Shown here one piece after another: positions 28,301-41,253 of a DNA stretch of 64,000 nt (position 1 is its first letter; each line of letters starts with the position of its first letter). The notes beneath the pieces were generated by a model, which saw only the letters and a program-made list of their open reading frames with translations, did not search any database and was not told the origin of the DNA. The DNA is from Phoronis australis. Lineage: Eukaryota > Animalia > Phoronida. The translations under genes and the position numbers were made by a program. Location: NCBI GenBank assembly GCA_002633005.1, contig NMRA01000004.1, positions 2,286,392-2,350,391 of the forward strand, written 5' to 3'.

Positions 28301-28941
28301 AGCAACACAATTTGCTCTCACGTGCATTATGTTTCTGTATCTCTGTCCTCCGAGACCCTTATGGTTATAATACGTTTACAAAACGCTATAATTACACCGT
28401 GCCGAGGGTAACACTTGACATCATATTTCATAACATAGAACAGTCGTTGTAATCAATTTCAGTTTAGCTAACTGTGCGTGATGAATTTTCGGATCAATGG
28501 TCGCGCTGCAAGTCACAATGAAGTGCGCATGCTCACCGACGACGAAAGTATTTGTTCCTGCTTCGATATCCCCACGGACTACACATAGCTAAAGGCTATA
28601 AACATAGGTAAGTTAGTTAAACGCTGCTTTTAACCAATGCAAGAGATAATGAGGAACATTCTGACGACACGTCACACAAACTGGATATAATACTCAAACA
28701 GACTCACTTTTTTGTACACCCCACCGTGCAGTGGTGTACACACAAAGCATATTATCACAATACACCCTGTTCTACGCCAATTTAGATCATGGCTTCCTCA
28801 GAACTTGGAAATAGCCAGGCACATGTGTCTACAGATACACTTGTATATCTAACTCTGAGTCTACAATTTATTACAGAGACAAGCGTGGGCGCCAATTTGA
28901 GTAAGCCAAGGATGCAAGCACTAAAGTATCAAGTAGGCAGA

Positions 28942-29273
28942 NNNNNNNNNNNNNNNNNNNNNNNNNNNNNNNNNNNNNNNNNNNNNNNNNNNNNNNNNNN
29001 NNNNNNNNNNNNNNNNNNNNNNNNNNNNNNNNNNNNNNNNNNNNNNNNNNNNNNNNNNNNNNNNNNNNNNNNNNNNNNNNNNNNNNNNNNNNNNNNNNNN
29101 NNNNNNNNNNNNNNNNNNNNNNNNNNNNNNNNNNNNNNNNNNNNNNNNNNNNNNNNNNNNNNNNNNNNNNNNNNNNNNNNNNNNNNNNNNNNNNNNNNNN
29201 NNNNNNNNNNNNNNNNNNNNNNNNNNNNNNNNNNNNNNNNNNNNNNNNNNNNNNNNNNNNNNNNNNNNNNNNN
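28942..29273. other. Assembly gap (N run)
   Basis: 332 consecutive N, adjacent to a (CA)n microsatellite. Confidence 1.

Positions 29274-29332
<59 letters not shown>
29274..29332. repeat. (CA)n microsatellite
   Basis: Perfect CA repeat running into the gap. Confidence 0.98.
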
Positions 29333-29333
<1 letters not shown>

Positions 29334-31114
29334 TTCTTGTGAAAACAACACTCATAGCCTACATATCGGAAAGTCCCTCACGTTTTTTAAAAGGAAAGCA
29401 TTATGTCATGACTCTTTAACTACGCGGGCACTGCCACTATTATCTGCTTCAGAGTCATTAACTGAAATGGAATATTGATATCTGTTGTCATTTATGATTT
29501 CTATCTTTCGTCACTGACATTTTTGAAGATGGTGTAAACTACCACACCATCACAAAAGATTGAAAAGTAAACAATAAATTGCCATTATTTTTACAACTTT
29601 TTTTCTTAAAGCAGATCCTCTTATAAACAAGAACAGTCATCCATCAGTTTTACAGTTAACTACATACTGAATTTCAAAAATTAATTATGCAAAAATTCTC
29701 TAGTTTGGGACAGTGAATAATTTTTTTGATCGAAGTCGGAGCTTGTCCCAATTTTTTATAAATTCACACAATTGTCTGTTAGAAATTCAAGGAGAATGGT
29801 AGGAATTTATTAAATGTTTGTCATGAGAGTCACTTTTTATGAACTTACAGGAGTATTCTTGCAACCTGCTATGCTGCAACATAGCGTTAGGAATTTGAAA
29901 AGTACGAAAATATACAAATCACTCACGCCTCAAATTTCAGGATGAAAAAATTTAGGACGCTGTCTCAATCTGGAGAATTTTTAATGTAATGTATCACCGA
30001 TCTAATTGCTATCATCAACTATGTCACCTTTGCTAAAAATATGTGTTAGAAACAATTATAAGCTATAAATATGATCAATCTGAAATATGTTCAAACATAC
30101 ACCATTGCCAGCATGATGAGGATTTTTGGCAAACATCTACATGTTTCCTATACATTATGGCTACAGTGAAGTCATTCTTAGTCACAGCAATATGAAGTGA
30201 ATGACACACAGAAGTGGTAGCCCATAAGGACGATTTTCAACTTCTTTCACAATTTTCCAAAGCTTGTCTTCCAGGTCCCTCATGGGAAGTCTAAGCACAC
30301 TTTTTCTGAAGTTTTGCAAAGATCATCCAAAGATGTATTGATTTTAAACAACAGTTTCCGATCAAGTTGCTCAGTTGAGTCTTTAGACACGGTTGACAGG
30401 ACAGGGTTGGATTGTTGATAATCTTCAGACACTGAATACCCATGGTCAACTAACACGGACTCAAAATTTAACAATCTCTTTGCTCCTATTGGCTTCTTCG
30501 AAACAGATGGCGAATCAATTAGTACATATGTACATGTTTCTGTCGATCTTCAGACTGAGCAATGAGAATGCTGAAATCCATTCTTGCTGATTTCTGCAGC
30601 TGTGTGAGTTTTGAACAAAACGGAACGCATGTGCTGCAGATAAACAAAGGCCTAGTGTCCAGCAAATAATTGTTAAATTGAATGTAAATGAGTTAAAAAA
30701 AATTCAAGTACCTCTGCTTTAACATTTTTTAACTTTGTATGCGTGAGAGTCAGAGAATAACAGTTTGTCACATAATATGCATGTCTTTGACTTTGCCTTT
30801 TGCAGTGGAGTATTACAGTTCACCATCTGAAATTAAATATACGTAAACACCAAAGGCTCTCAATTTTTACTAGCATGACTGATGTGCCTCCTAGAATTAT
30901 CTGTGTTCAAGTGAGTTGACTTACGGCTGTAAAATTTTAATCAAGCTGATCAATTTTAGTACTGCAGTTGGGAAATATATTTAATCAAAATTTTGCAGAA
31001 ATTCCATAGTTACAGAATTACAAAATATGACTCTGCTCGGATATAATGGTCCCTGATATGGATAACAAGTTTCATCCACTGATAGTAACATACGCCTTAA
31101 AATTTAAGGCGATT

Positions 31115-31346
31115 TATGCCTCACACTCGCGGGCGCGGTGAAAATAGGTGGGCGCGCAGTGTAAAACTGGCCAGTTGACAATTTGGGCAACTGAACCAAG
31201 GACTGATTGAAGAAAAAATTACATTACAGGAGTATTTGTTTGATTTGGAAGAAATTAAAGACATCAATGGGTACCTAAGGTGTCCCTCTATGAGCAAGAG
31301 GTACTTAAACCACATGACTTTCATGTTTTAATTAGTGTGAGGCATA
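31115..31346. mobile_element. Small TA-flanked MITE (Tc1/mariner-type target site)
   Basis: TA|TGCCTCACACT ... AGTGTGAGGCA|TA forms a perfect 13-bp inverted repeat. Confidence 0.5.
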
Positions 31347-34300
31347 CGTCACCAGAAATCTATCAGTGTATGAAACTCCCAGAGGAGCTTCACTGTCTCT
31401 ACTGGGGCCAGCTAGAGACGGTGGTCACTATCTAATCCACTGAATAACAGGAATGTTATTCAGTTGTTACATTCATCAACTTTTTGACCATGTCCTTGTC
31501 CTGTTATTTTTTCCCATTTTTTCCTGGTATAAAGTGACCAACAACACGTGTATTCGCCTGGTCAAGTCTAGACATTTGCTGTTACTGGTTACTTAATTTA
31601 GAAAACTATAGCAGCGTCATGAACATTGATATTAAACAAAATTTAGTCATGTTGTTGATAACGTGTCATTGATACGAAGAAATGTATGGTCACGTGGCCC
31701 AGTTAATCACATATTTAAAAATTATGCAAACGTCAAATTCTTCCGGATTTTCAGTGGAAGAAAAAAAATATTTTTTGACTTGAAATCATCCTGCTTGGCG
31801 TTGTCCATAACGCCTTGTTTGAAGCAAATTGCATTGTCAATGGTACTGTAAGTCTAATGTACATGTATTAGGCTCTCAATGGCTCAATACAGTCTTCGAT
31901 GTAGCTGGATGGAGATTCTGATAATTTCAAGAAAATCAGTAATATGTTCTAAAAAGTCAAAAACAGCAAAGGAAATCGAGATGGTGAACTAAAAATTGGG
32001 TGTGTATTGAGCAATGATGAATTTTATAAAGAGAGAGGTGTTCCTACTAGTACGTAGTTACCGGTAATTTCCGTAACTAAATCCATGGACGTGTATTAAA
32101 AAAATTTCAGGCGTTTTAGCAACACCAAATAATCGCTCGGGCATTTTATGGGAAAAAAAGGGGGGGTGTCATGTAAACGGAAAATCAAAGTTTTGTGGAC
32201 TTTGGCATATTTTACTTAAACCTGCGTTTTTAAATTTTATGTTAATAAATGCAGTGCCGACAACGTGTTCGTTTTCACAAATAATGAATGCTGCACAAAA
32301 CTGAATTTGGGACAAAAATGATGCTGAAAAGGCATTTATGATTAAAATTTCAATATAAACGCCGCACTGTCTGGACACTTGACACCACAAGTTGAACGCC
32401 TGCGGGCATTTATTCGGTATAACTTTCCCAATAAACGCCCACGGGCGTTTCATCGGGTGGGTTAATTTGTGGAAAATCCCATTAACGCCTACATGCGATA
32501 TGATTCAAAAAATCTTTGACAGACTTTATAAGAAATGGACTTTTTTGAAAGTTGGCAAGGTTATTTGAAAATGTTGGCATTTTTTGCAGAAAATCTAGTG
32601 TAGATGTTTAAAAAGTCTTGACAAAATTTAAAAAAGGTTGGCATAATTTTCAAAATTAGTGGCAACTTTTTAATTTTTGATCTTGAAGAGGAAATAAAGT
32701 CTATGTTTCATGGCCCGTTGGAATCCCATAATTTGCACATGCTATTCATTTGTTGCCAATGTTTCAATACATCAAGCTCTCATCCACTGAAAGACCACGG
32801 ATACCATGCGGGCAGAGATTTATGTTATTTGTGATGAGCATTGTTATCTACTTTGAGTCCTATTGATATTGGCGTTGTTTTCCTAAGAAGTGGGAGGTAT
32901 TAATAGCGTTTGGGCTAACATCACACGAGTGCTTTGACAGTGGTCGCCGCTACGTTGATTAGAAATTTTGAGTTCTATCCACGGAATTGCATTGCTGTTG
33001 GAAAAATGATCTGCGCATGCCAAAACTAAACACCTATCATTGCCACAAATTCTGTGTGTATCAGGTTTTGACATCCCCCAATAATTGTCCATTCACTTCA
33101 GCAAAGAAATATCACGTTGTGCACTGAGTTTCCCGAGTTCCAAGTTTGACGGATTGAAAAATATGATTTCACGTGCATCCTTTACCGGTTAGTGATAAAT
33201 ATATTTACCCTACCCTTCGATGGCGGACTTTATTAGCGATGGGTACCTTTTTGTCATTTCTCCTCATAATGATTCCTTTTGCGGTTACGTAAAATTAAAT
33301 ATTTGATTCTTTTTTAGGCTAGTTTCTTTGCAGAGTTCCCGCTTAAACGGAACTGGGACCTCAATGAAAGTGTAAAATGTAATATTTAGTCGTTTATTCT
33401 TGCTTTTTCGAAATCGCCTGCATCAGGCCCCTTGATGGCGAAAACCCACTATCACCCGTATGCAAAAGCACATTGTTAGTATTTCGTCCGAAACTCAAGC
33501 AACTGTATGTTTTCGAGTGTGAATTGTCGACGCCATTTTAACTGGGTTACATTTTTGACTTTTTGTCACATACATTGTGCACACGTTCATACTACAAACT
33601 ATGGCGTTCGTGCTTGATAAAAATATTTATACTTGGGATATCATAATTACGTTCATTGCCCTCTCATTAAAACGTTGTGTTCGTCTCGAAATATATAGAT
33701 GCATATAGCTCGCAACTGTCTTTCCATTAATGATATTATTTTCCGTAACTAGGAGTGTGGTCATTTACAACACTCTGCCATGCTCGTGGTCACGTGACAA
33801 TGTGTATTTTGGCAAACACTTTTGGAATAGTCAGTGCCAGAGAAAAAGTCCTTTAATCACCATTTATCAAATTGTCTCATTTTAACATCTAAAACCGTGT
33901 CTGGAAGTTTCCATAACTAACGCCTATGTACATATACTGTATTTTACGGCAAACATGTGTGCAGAAAAATAAGAATTTCCCACTACAATACATGTACGAT
34001 TCTTTATTTTGAATTGAACAAAAACAATAACAATAAGTTCTCAATACAAAAATCTGAGACGAGGTTTTCACATTAAATCCCTTTGCTGTCAAAAAACCCA
34101 ACACAATTAAATCGACGGACTCATTCATCGTATTCCGAATTTTGAAGTCGATCGTCACTCAAACAGAAATCGCTGAAAAAACTTGTGTGAACAGTCGGGT
34201 GCTCACAGTTATGTATTTGATATATGATCCAAACTACACTTTACGGTCATCACAGTCGTTGTGTAATATGTTCGACGTTAGCCTTTTAGTTTATTTTTCA

Positions 34301-36231
34301 AAAACAAAGCTCAGTTTATCAAAACAGAGGAAGTAGTTAGCGTATTTTACCGCAATGAGTAATCAACGTATTTTGATGCTTAAACTTGAAGCGCGTAATC
34401 CAATGAAGCTGATCACGTGATTCACTGTTCGCCCGTCTACATGCATGTTGATATAGCTCAGCAGGTCACCATTTAGAAATCACAGACGACGTCGTGCTTG
34501 TCACAAAAACCCTAAAAAAGCTGCCCAGAAATATTCGGCAAGAACAATTATGGGGCAACATGTAAGAAATTGGCTAATACTTGCAACAATGTAATGAGGC
34601 TGTGTTAAACCCGGAGTTTTCTAACCCAGACGACTCAGAGTTTCAGTAGTAGGCAAACTTCAGAATTTAGCAGGAGTATGAGGGGATAAGTTACAAGAGA
34701 TTCCGTGCCAAAGTTGACATGGAGATCTAGCTTTAATGAGGGAGAAGGAGAGCCCGTTGCCACGCCGCCTATTTCTTCAGAGAAATAATTGCCACACGTA
34801 ATGTGGTAGTTCTACTTGACGTCTACATCAGTGTATGTTTTGCGCAATTTGTGTTGTTGCTATGCCGGCGACACTTTTGCTGTTTTCGATATCGGGTTTT
34901 AGCTGAAAAATGTTGATATTTCATCAATGACATCGTATTATTCGCTTCACAAGTAAGTACGAAAACAATTCTAGTAATCATATTTGTCTGTATTAATAAC
35001 ACGTCTTCATAATAGGTCTGCCAGTTATTCGGTATACAGGAAACCAACTTCCTCAGGTCCCAATACAAAATGCTGCAGATTGAAACAAATTCTGTACAGA
35101 GGTGCTAACACGCCTTCTCACAGAGGAAGACAACAGTTTACCATGTCATTTTTAGTAAAAATACGGTTCGTTGATTATCCCAAACAAATGGTTCAGTTAA
35201 TTACGGCTTTCCGTAATTTTATTAATTAGTCGTGCACTACTCCGGAAATGACGTTTAGGGGATTAAGAATTTCCCGTCATTTTGTTTCTAGTGAGTTTAC
35301 TGTGAGGATTTGTTCTACTGTTATCCTGATGCAGGGTTTCCTAAAATTGTCGTCACCACTTCCCATCGACGAGTGCTCTGCTACAAGTTGTTAAAGAACT
35401 CAATTACGTTGAATTTAGGAATCTTTCAATGTGTAATAGTAGCCTGAAAATGGCTCGAGTCGGCGACCCATATTACAGACACAGTGACGTCAATGACGGA
35501 GACATTGTTCAAAGCTGTGGAGAGATGAGGAATTTTTTCACGAACAGTCAGTGAGTGGGCAGATGTTTGAGCCCGAGTATAGTGAGGCAGAATACGCATA
35601 GACAGCCGTTGAGAGGGATGAGGCAGAAACTGAGCACATACGTGATGGGGTGTCATGGTGCAAATACACTGTGTGCACTGTTATGCCGACCTCAATGGAA
35701 TGCCTATGCTGTTCCTACTGGATGGTGAGCAGCCAAACCGTTCCATCCAGACGTGTGACTCCCTCGATCGACACACGTCTGGCACTTTCTAAATAGCCAG
35801 AAGTCCACAATAAACTCATCAAAGTTTGGCTCACCGGCCTGATCACTAGACAACAAAGTGTTCTCCCCACTGGGTGTCAAATTTGGCCTGTATTCATTTC
35901 CACTACTCAGCATCGCTGCAGGGCTGCTCACAATCGCTGAGCTGGAACCAACACCATCACTGGGCGAATCACTTCTAGTTCCAGTCCCGGCCGGGGGAGG
36001 GTACGTTCGGGGCCACGGATGACAGGAGATCAAGCCCCTCCAGTCACTATAGAGGACACTACAGCTCGCGAGGCTACTCGCTTCAAAAGTGAACTTTCCG
36101 GGGGATGGCGACTGGGCACTGCCGGAAAACGACAGTATGGGACCTTTGTTCAGGCACTGTTTTGCACAAACCTTCATCAATTCAACGTACATATCGCTTT
36201 CGTAATCCAACGGCAGAGAATGCTTGCCGAT

Positions 36232-38205
36232 AATAGCGGAGTTGCAACGCCGCCATATTGGAAATGGGTCAGAATGTTGCATTGTGGTTAAGCCGGTAAA
36301 CAAGTACGTCGGCAAGTGTGGGGGCGAACCGGCCACAGGGAGGTTATACGTGTTGTGTGCCTGGCATGCTATAATACCAGTTAGCGAAATAAAAAAAAAA
36401 TAGTTACTACCTGCCTGTTTCCCAAGGATCAAGAACTGCGTTAAACATGGGTCAGAGACATCGGTAGAGCTGGTAGCAAAGGCCGACTTCGTGAATTCTT
36501 TCCGACTTCGTAGCATAAAGTGTGCAGCGCTCATTTTGAGGGCGGCAAGAAAACGTATCTTAGAAACTGCCCAACAATATCTCCCTTCAAAGAAACAGTA
36601 ACAAATACTCCACGGCGGTTGGTAGTGAAAAAAAAAATTGTTTTCGCTTGACCAGAACCAAGCCAACATGAGCAATTTTGAGGATAATGCCTCTGCACAA
36701 TCACCTGTTCTGGGTCGACTCACTTAACGTATGCACACTATATGCATTACGCGCTAAGATAAAGCGTGCAGATTATTATTATTTACTTTCTACAAAATTG
36801 TGGTACATTGCTATCAAAATTCGTTGTTAAATTACGATCATTTTTCATAAAATTTTGTTGAAGTTCCAGGGCGAAATCTTGCCGACAAATGCGTAGCTGC
36901 TGGTCTCGCAATCGTCGATAGGGCTTGAATTCTTAAATAAGAATACAGCTTTGACTCAACAAATTACCTGAAATCCTCCTCAAGTTTTCCAAATAGCGTC
37001 TCTAAGATTTTTAAGTTCTTGTGAAGTCTGGATTAACTGCAGATTAAGTCCAAATCTACGCTAGATTGTAGCACGCAACCCGAGAAAAATCTCTGTGGGA
37101 ACACATGTTGTTGTCACGTGACGTTTGTTTTGAAGTTTGTATGCGTGTGTGTGAGAGTAAGCGTGCGTGTGCTTGTCAGAGTTCATTTGCCAGAGTAATG
37201 TAATGATCTAGGTGTGCATTGTATCCAAAAAAAAAAAAATCAAGCAGTCAAGCAGAGCGTGTTTTAATATTTACGACTTAGCACTTGCTGGCCTCATCTG
37301 CTAAAAACGTTCGAGAATTTTTTCGGTAAGACCGACATGTCACTCATTGAGTCGCCGGGTGAGTGGATGCGTGACCGTAGTGTAACAGCTATTTCCCGGA
37401 AGATTTGGGGTGTAAGGGTGCGAAGTGGGTCATTTTGACCTTAAAAACACCAATTATGATTAGTTAAATAATTTCTCTTAAAAATAATGCAGAAGCTTTT
37501 TACGGTATTGGAAACTTTCGGAAATTAGTGCCAATATTTATTTGCCGATGCTATGTTACCCGATTAATCTTCGATGACAGTCGGTACATTATGCAGCGCG
37601 CGCTTCTTGGTCGCGTGCTAACACTGGTCGAGTTTTTTTTTTTAGTCTTCGATTCACGGTTTTCACATGCACAAAGAAGTTTGAGGCCGGAGAAGATCTG
37701 TACTGGAAAGAAACAATGCAATCCCGCTCTTTGACAAGTACGCTGTGTCTGTTTTCAAAGTCCAGACCCGCGTAGTGGGGCACATCCCTCGCAAGAGCAG
37801 CAAAACTTCTGCGTTCTTTTTGAATCGCGGCGTAAGTTTGAAGTGTATACGGACATAACGGTGAGGCTCGTGGTCCGTTACAAATTCAGGCTGTCGGATC
37901 TTTCAATTGATAAATTGGAGACGTTAGAACTGTAGGTAAGGGCATTTTTCGCATGTAGTTCATGGGCTGGGCGCTTACTTTAGCAAAGTCTGAAAACGCG
38001 TTGGGGCACTTGTTGAGCCATGGGCGCTAATTAGGGCGAATAGCGGCAGAATTACATACAGCAGCGTAGTTTAATGCACACAAATTACACGTCGTGCAAA
38101 CCAGTCGGCCATCCCGTTTACCATCAACAATCCCAGTAGCCTTTGCGCACCCTAATTTCCGGACATGCGCAATCGTTAAATCGATTCGGTTGCAACTCCG
38201 CTATT
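36232..38205. mobile_element. Non-autonomous DNA element with perfect 17-bp TIRs
   Basis: AATAGCGGAGTTGCAAC (36232-36248) / GTTGCAACTCCGCTATT (38189-38205). Its ends coincide with the break in the THAP ORF. Confidence 0.8.
37645..37858 (+). pseudogene. Degenerate HIRAN-like domain fragment (transposon cargo)
   Basis: SIHGFHMHKEV* ... FDKYAVSVFKVQTRVVGHIPRKSSKTSAFFLNRGVSLKC matches the HIRAN-type pattern RGYH.Y..IW...N..D..AV.V....VGHIP. It carries a stop and frameshifts, and is followed by GGGCGCTTA/GGGCGCTAA repeats (~37968-38047). Confidence 0.68.
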
Positions 38206-39644
38206 CTCCACTGCTTTGTACGATGCGAGGACGCAACACTGTGTTCTTCACACGAACGAGCCAAGTACGGCCGAGCGTGTCATCTCTCAGAAAGCGGTGT
38301 AATGGCATACCCAAAGTGCGCTTGAGACAATAATGAGTACACCCTGTTACGCAGCAACTGTGCGGCATGTTGACTGGCTCGTAAGCAAACGCAAACGACA
38401 AGTGAACGCATCACAACTGAGGAATAACAATGACTGACTCGACAGCTCGCAGTTACATGTAAATTTCACAAAACAAAATGGCGCAAAATTTTAACCTTGT
38501 AAACGTCACTTCCGGAGTAAGGCACGACTAACTAGAAAATTACGGGAAGTTATTATTAACTGGGATAGTCAACAAACCGTGTTTTTACTGAAAATGACAT
38601 GAAAAAGGTCGCCTTCTCATTTAACCGAGCATCAATAATGGTGGGTTTGTTTGGTGGAATTAACTTTTGAAAATGAGTGTTTGCTCATCAAAAACACGCT
38701 GCTATGTAATGTTCTGACAACCACCATGTTGACTGAGGAGAGAAAAAACCTTCATTGTGATCACGTTACTTGTGAGCCAAATAGAAAACAGAAAATAACA
38801 TCTTCTTGTAAAGGCACCTAACTGTTAACAATGTGATATGTGTCTTAAAACCAGTCATCTGTACATAAGACTGTCTCGGTTGAAAAGAAAAACAACGCAC
38901 TTTGACAGCAATGATGTAGATGATATTTCCAGGGATTCTTTATTGCCCCGAAAGCACGGCTTCTCGAACAGCACACAGACCGACAACAGTGTCATCTATT
39001 GTCGCGCTGTAAGGGATAAACATTCAAACAAGGTTGTGTGTTGTGTTCGCGAGGAGTAATCTTCGTTAATGATAATTCACAATTATTTTACTGCTAAATA
39101 ATATCAAATATAGCTCTATGGAACACAACTTCAATCATTTAGCTTAAAATTCAAAGAACCTGAAACTCCGACTTTTTAAATATGACTCACCATTTCAAAT
39201 TTGGTTGAGATCTTTTCAGACATACATGTAGTGGCTCAGGGATTTTAAGAATGCTTCAATATTTCTGAAGATGGTGCAAAACATTTCAAACATGAGTGCA
39301 ATACTGTAGTTTTTCAGGGAGTGGCTACTGCGTGTTTCTTTGGTATCGTTTTATAAACAAACCCTCCACAAAATGCCCTGAAATACACTTCTGGGTAAGT
39401 AACGAATGCACAGTTGTCCAAATACCTGATGATCAAATAAATGCAAAGGCGAAAACAGCAGTAGTTTGAAGCACTTAATTATTTCAATGGGACGATTGAT
39501 TTTCCACTTATTTGCATTGCCATTTTACATATACATGCATCATAACCAATCTTTTGTAAAAACACGAAACAACTAATTCCAAAAATCTAGCTCTCATGGA
39601 AAATAGTCAAAATGTATGTTACGTGAAGGGAATTTTGCCAATGT

Positions 39645-40010
39645 TTTCAGAAATGGCGACTCACTAAATCCATCGTCAACAAGCTTCAAGTGTTGGTAAA
39701 GAGATGCCTTGGTCGAATCTTACAAATCAAGTGGTCTGACAGAGTAAGAAATGAAACTGTTTGGAGCAGAGCCAAGCAGGAAGTCATAGAGATCCAGATT
39801 AAGAGAAGGATGTGGAGGTGGACTGGTCACGCGCCACGAAAGCCGAATGCAAATACCACTGAGATGTACTTTAATTGCGACCCCCAAATGATACGGAAGC
39901 GAGGCAAAACTGGAGAAATGTCACCTCTGAACACTTCTCTTTTGGCATGTCATGGGTCGCGATCCGAACAAAAGTTACCAAGCGGATTATATGGCGAGTA
40001 GTCATGGTAG
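39645..40010 (+). mobile_element. RTE-clade LINE 3' fragment (post-RT domain)
   Basis: SE.WRLTKSIVNKLQVLVKRCLGRILQIKWSDRVRNETVW...IKRRMWRWTGHAPRK...PQMIRKRGK matches the RTE C-terminal consensus (CLRRIL.I.W.D..SN.E....R..W.GH..R...G.R.RGRP). Confidence 0.85.
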
Positions 40011-40938
40011 CCCTTGCTAGACATCTCATGATGTCCGGAAGCATGGGCCAAGCAAGTCACCAGCCAAATGATAAACATTACCAGAAGAAAGCGTAATTTA
40101 TTCAGCCATTGTCCATCGTTGAACAGACGCCAATTTTCGTATAGAGGACAATCACTGACCATTTCATGAAAACTGGTAAATTATGGTGTCTTGCTCTATC
40201 AGTACAAGCAAGTTAGCAAAACTGAATGAAAACATGTTCTTTATCAAACAATTCCGAGTGCACATGTAAAGATGACCGCGAACTGGACATTAATGTTTGT
40301 TTCTTTTGTTCAACGGTAAGAATGTGTTTCATGAACACGCCCAAGATCATTAAAGCAAAGCTAAAAACGAATTTCAAAACCTTTTGATGAGTAAACGTGT
40401 GTTAAATTCAGTAACTGGTAAGCTTTCTTATACCGCAATGACAACGACTACATCAAGAGGTACCACCAAACATATGTTGCCCGGAAATAGATGAGACACA
40501 TGGTGAAGAGTTTGTTCCAAATAGTTATATTCAACTGATACAGATGGATACCTAACGGAAATCTAAAAACACTTGACCAGAAGAAATTTTGTAACACCAA
40601 GCCTTAAAAAGAGGACGTGATTGTTCCAGACTTTTTATCATAAAAATTGGGCTCTCTAATACAAGAATATATGTCGAGAGAATGTTTCAGGTCAAAGCCT
40701 CGTGCGCATACAGTACGAAAACAATGTATGTACAGTTTAGATACAATTGAGACGCCTATGCATAGCTGTTACTGTTTTAAAAGTTATGACGTTAAGGAGG
40801 GGTGGGATGCGATAAACAGACTAAATTACAATATTAACAGTGGTTCTATGCCACTGAAACAAAACTCAATCTTCTCACTAAGTACTTTTAGGGTTTGTTC
40901 GTAGAGATTTTTTATTTTCTGTTGATAACAAAGCATTT

Positions 40939-41253
40939 TCATTTAGTTTCAAATTTCCCAAAAAAAACCCTGCTCGCTACTTCATGTATTTTTCTCCCAC
41001 AAGGCAAAACAAAACACGTCTCCTTATTTGGTATTTCAAAACATGGACGTAGCGCTTTTTCTTGATACGGAACGTATAACCTTTGATTCCAAACGACATC
41101 AAGCAACTGCGCGCATTCATCATAAGCGGGAGGAAGGTTAGAAACTTTGTGGTAACCACAATTTGTTCCTTCGCGTGTATTTAACAAATCGTGAATTTTT
41201 TCTGGAATTTTTTTCACAGGATAAAGTGAGTTGCTATCTACTAGACGTTGCAT
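40939..41253 (-). pseudogene. Possible decayed DNA-transposon ORF fragment
   Basis: IHDLL...CGYHK followed by a Cys-containing stretch resembles the N-terminal YH..C motif of large DNA transposases. The family could not be determined. Confidence 0.25.

Larger units (their letters stand above)
35704..38368 (-). pseudogene. THAP zinc-finger transposase 5' region interrupted by a 1.97-kb insertion
   Basis: N-half at 38368-38206: MPHSCCVTGC...LHRFLRDDTLGRTWLVRVK. C-half resumes at 36231: GKHSLPLDYESDMYVELMK...LNKGPILSF (compare THAP C.xHF..DY...LK..AVPS.F). It continues with EFIVDFWLFRKCQTC, which resembles the FIVF...LF..CxxC motif of Kolobok-type transposases. Confidence 0.72.
35142..38601 (-). 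mobile_element. Decayed THAP-domain DNA transposon (Kolobok-like) bounded by long inverted repeats
   Basis: 35142-~35305 is the diverged reverse complement of ~38445-38601 (CATGTCATTTT.AGTAAAAA.ACGGTT.GTTGA.TATCCC ... TTAGTCGTGC..TACTCCGGAA.TGACGTTT). It encloses a split THAP ORF. Confidence 0.75.

Noticed and set aside
28789-29478. Long ORFs with HT/CV repeats
   Set aside because: Artefacts of the N gap and the (CA)n microsatellite.
30200-33550. Coding-like stretches on the minus strand (30280-30600, 32700-33540)
   Set aside because: Multiple stops and frameshifts, and no recognisable motif. Probably decayed transposon sequence that cannot be classified by eye.
35704-36723. 339-aa ORF as an intact gene
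   Set aside because: It crosses the TIR at 36232-36248. It is a chance fusion of inserted-element sequence with the C-half of a dead THAP ORF, and it starts at GTG.
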